From assembly GCF_006345805.1 (NCBI RefSeq), contig NC_043016.1:28520001-28584000 (forward strand): a stretch of DNA of 64,000 nt, written 5' to 3'. The translations under genes and the position numbers were made by a program. Below, piece after piece: positions 62,039 to 64,000 of the stretch. The stretch is from Octopus sinensis. Taxonomy: Eukaryota. The notes beneath the pieces are model-generated. The model made no database searches. It was given only the letters and a program-made list of their open reading frames with translations, and was not told where the DNA came from. Each line of letters begins with the position of its first letter. The stretch's first letter is position 1.

Positions 62039-63513
62039 GCATTTTTTAAATTCATATCAGCAATAACAATACATATTTATTTCCTGTCATTCTTAATAAA
62101 TATGTTTGTTTCTTTTAGGAGTATTTTAGTTTTAAGAAACCAACATTATTTAGAGCTTCATGAGTGTTGCAGTTACCACCACTACAAACATTGTCATCAA
62201 AACCACACTACCGTCATTATCACAATTACCATCACCACCATCACTTCAGTTACCACTGTCACTACAACTATCATCACCATCACTACTCCCACTTCACCCC
62301 CAGTACTGTTATCAGTAACTCTGTTATCACTAACACCCCCTCATCACCACCACCGTAATCATCAAAATCTGTATTTCGCTTAAGAATTTAACTTTGACAT
62401 TTTGGAAGAAGTAAAACTGATAGATTTGCTATTTTATCTTTTAAATAGTTTTCTCCATAATTATTTCAAAAACTAATGTTTCATAGCTTACGTAGTGATA
62501 TTTTCATTTGCACTCGTACAGCATAAAATGTGAATTTGTCACTTTACGTTTTCATTTAAATTACATTTACCATTAATTCACCCAAAAGTGAATTGGCATA
62601 TTTACGAAATCCTGAAGAAATGGATCTTAAAAACAGTTGCATATTGCTGTGTCGAAAATGAGTGAAAGAATAAAGAAGACTGATTTTGGTTTTGTCTTCT
62701 AATAATGCTGCTAACCTATCTGTGATAAACGTGTGTGATATTGATCTTTCCTACTACAACCAACAAGGTTTCAAACAGTCTTGTATATCAACAGTTTGTG
62801 TGAGGAAATCTAAGCCATATGATGTATGTGTGTCAATGTCAACTTTCACAGCTATTAACTTGTTTCTATTCTTCAGCTTCCTTACCTTAGTAACTGGATT
62901 CTGTCAATTCCCAAATCATTTTACTCTCAGCTATAACCAACATAGTATATATTCTTTATTTAGGTCCTGAAGCCTGGCTTACATTTTAAAATCAGTATTG
63001 TTGTTGTTATCATCATCAGTAGCATTTGTTACATTGTTTTATGTTGGTTTCTACGATAAAACACATACTTTACACAATCACAGCCCAACAGAGCAACACA
63101 ACACTCTTCTCATTTTCAAGATGGTAGTGTGTGTGAATTGGAGATTTGACTGCTGTTTCTAGCAGGTTGAGAGGTAGAGAATCTGACAGACTGTGACCAC
63201 AAGAAAGAAGTGGCATTTTTGAAGGAATGATCATTATGCTAGAACACTTTTTGTTGATTTAATTTTTATTTAATACTATATTTCCTAAAATTTGCAAACT
63301 TTAGAACCCCCTAATTATATTTCTTTATCTACACCTGTAATTAATTACTTGAAGTAATTACAGTGGCATTTAAAACTTAGAAATCCAAAGAAATTTTTGA
63401 AAAACAATTTTTTTGTTCATCACCATATCGATCTGCCACTTTTTTCCACACTCTTGGAAACTTACTTGTCTACTGACTCCCCCTGTCTGACCCCCTGTAT
63501 TACTTTTCATATA

Positions 63514-63706
63514 CGAGGGGATGCCGAAAAGTTCCTGGCTTTAAGGGTGTCATGAAAGGTATAGTTGGAAGCCCAACCTTCTGAGTTCTTTTGCACTGCT
63601 CTAAGTGTGTGAATCTGAGAGGGGAGTATGTTGAATAAAATCATTATTAACTGATCTTCTTGAATTTTCTTTTACCCAAAGCCAGGAAATTTTCAGCTCT
63701 CTATCG
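63514..63706. mobile_element. Internally deleted mariner (MITE)
   Basis: TA-cgaggggatgccgaaaagttcctggcttt ... aaagccaggaaattttcagctctctatcg-TA; retains the KCV.LRGEYVE* transposase end. Confidence 0.8.
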
Positions 63707-64000
63707 TATTAATCTTTCTGTAACTTGAGAATACACTCTGACACATGTTCACCCCCAACTTTTCTCTCGTTACCAATTGGAACAGTCATGTATCTCCTCT
63801 ACAGCGAGACACCTGTACCTTGCTCTATCATATTTTAACTACTCATCACCTGACATAAAGCCACTTCCCTCAAGATTATACCCTTTCAGTTGTGTGGTCT
63901 TGTCTTGCGAGTTACTCATTAATGCCAGTAGTAATGTCACATAGAAAGCACCCAGTACACTCTGTAAAGTGGTTAGCATTAGGAAGGGTATACAACTGTA

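Noticed and set aside
62170-62360. His/Thr-rich ORFs
   Set aside because: Degenerate (CAC/CAT)n low-complexity tract, as at 58145-58220.

Overview
AT-rich, microsatellite-dense animal genomic DNA with one 100-N gap (61939-62038). The repeat families resemble those I recall from octopus (RTE LINEs with (GAT)n tails, tRNA-derived SINEs, Dong/R4, Penelope), so the species call is inference. Most of the window is transposon debris: RTE, Dong/R4, CR1-like and Penelope-like retroelements, at least three SINE families, and mariner/Tc1, hAT and piggyBac-type MITEs. Nearly all listed ORFs are either (AT)n/(GT)n artefacts or broken TE reading frames. A CpG-rich promoter-like segment at about 33.1 kb (three phased ETS motifs plus a CRE-like site) and several splice-bounded open segments suggest one or two host genes, which I cannot name. 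Three things stand out. (1) A set of minimal type I hammerhead-ribozyme motifs with palindromic stem III: one fully canonical (45134-45191, minus), and a tandem pair 360 nt apart carrying the compensatory U3-A8 core (2733-3132), which is the architecture of a retrozyme or Penelope terminal repeat. (2) A 3.2 kb fold-back in which identical 99-nt inverted arms enclose an (AT)n axis and about 600 GACTA/GACTG pentamers. (3) Several further long, near-perfect hairpins and inverted repeats. TE boundaries and percent identities are by-eye estimates; nothing was computed or searched.
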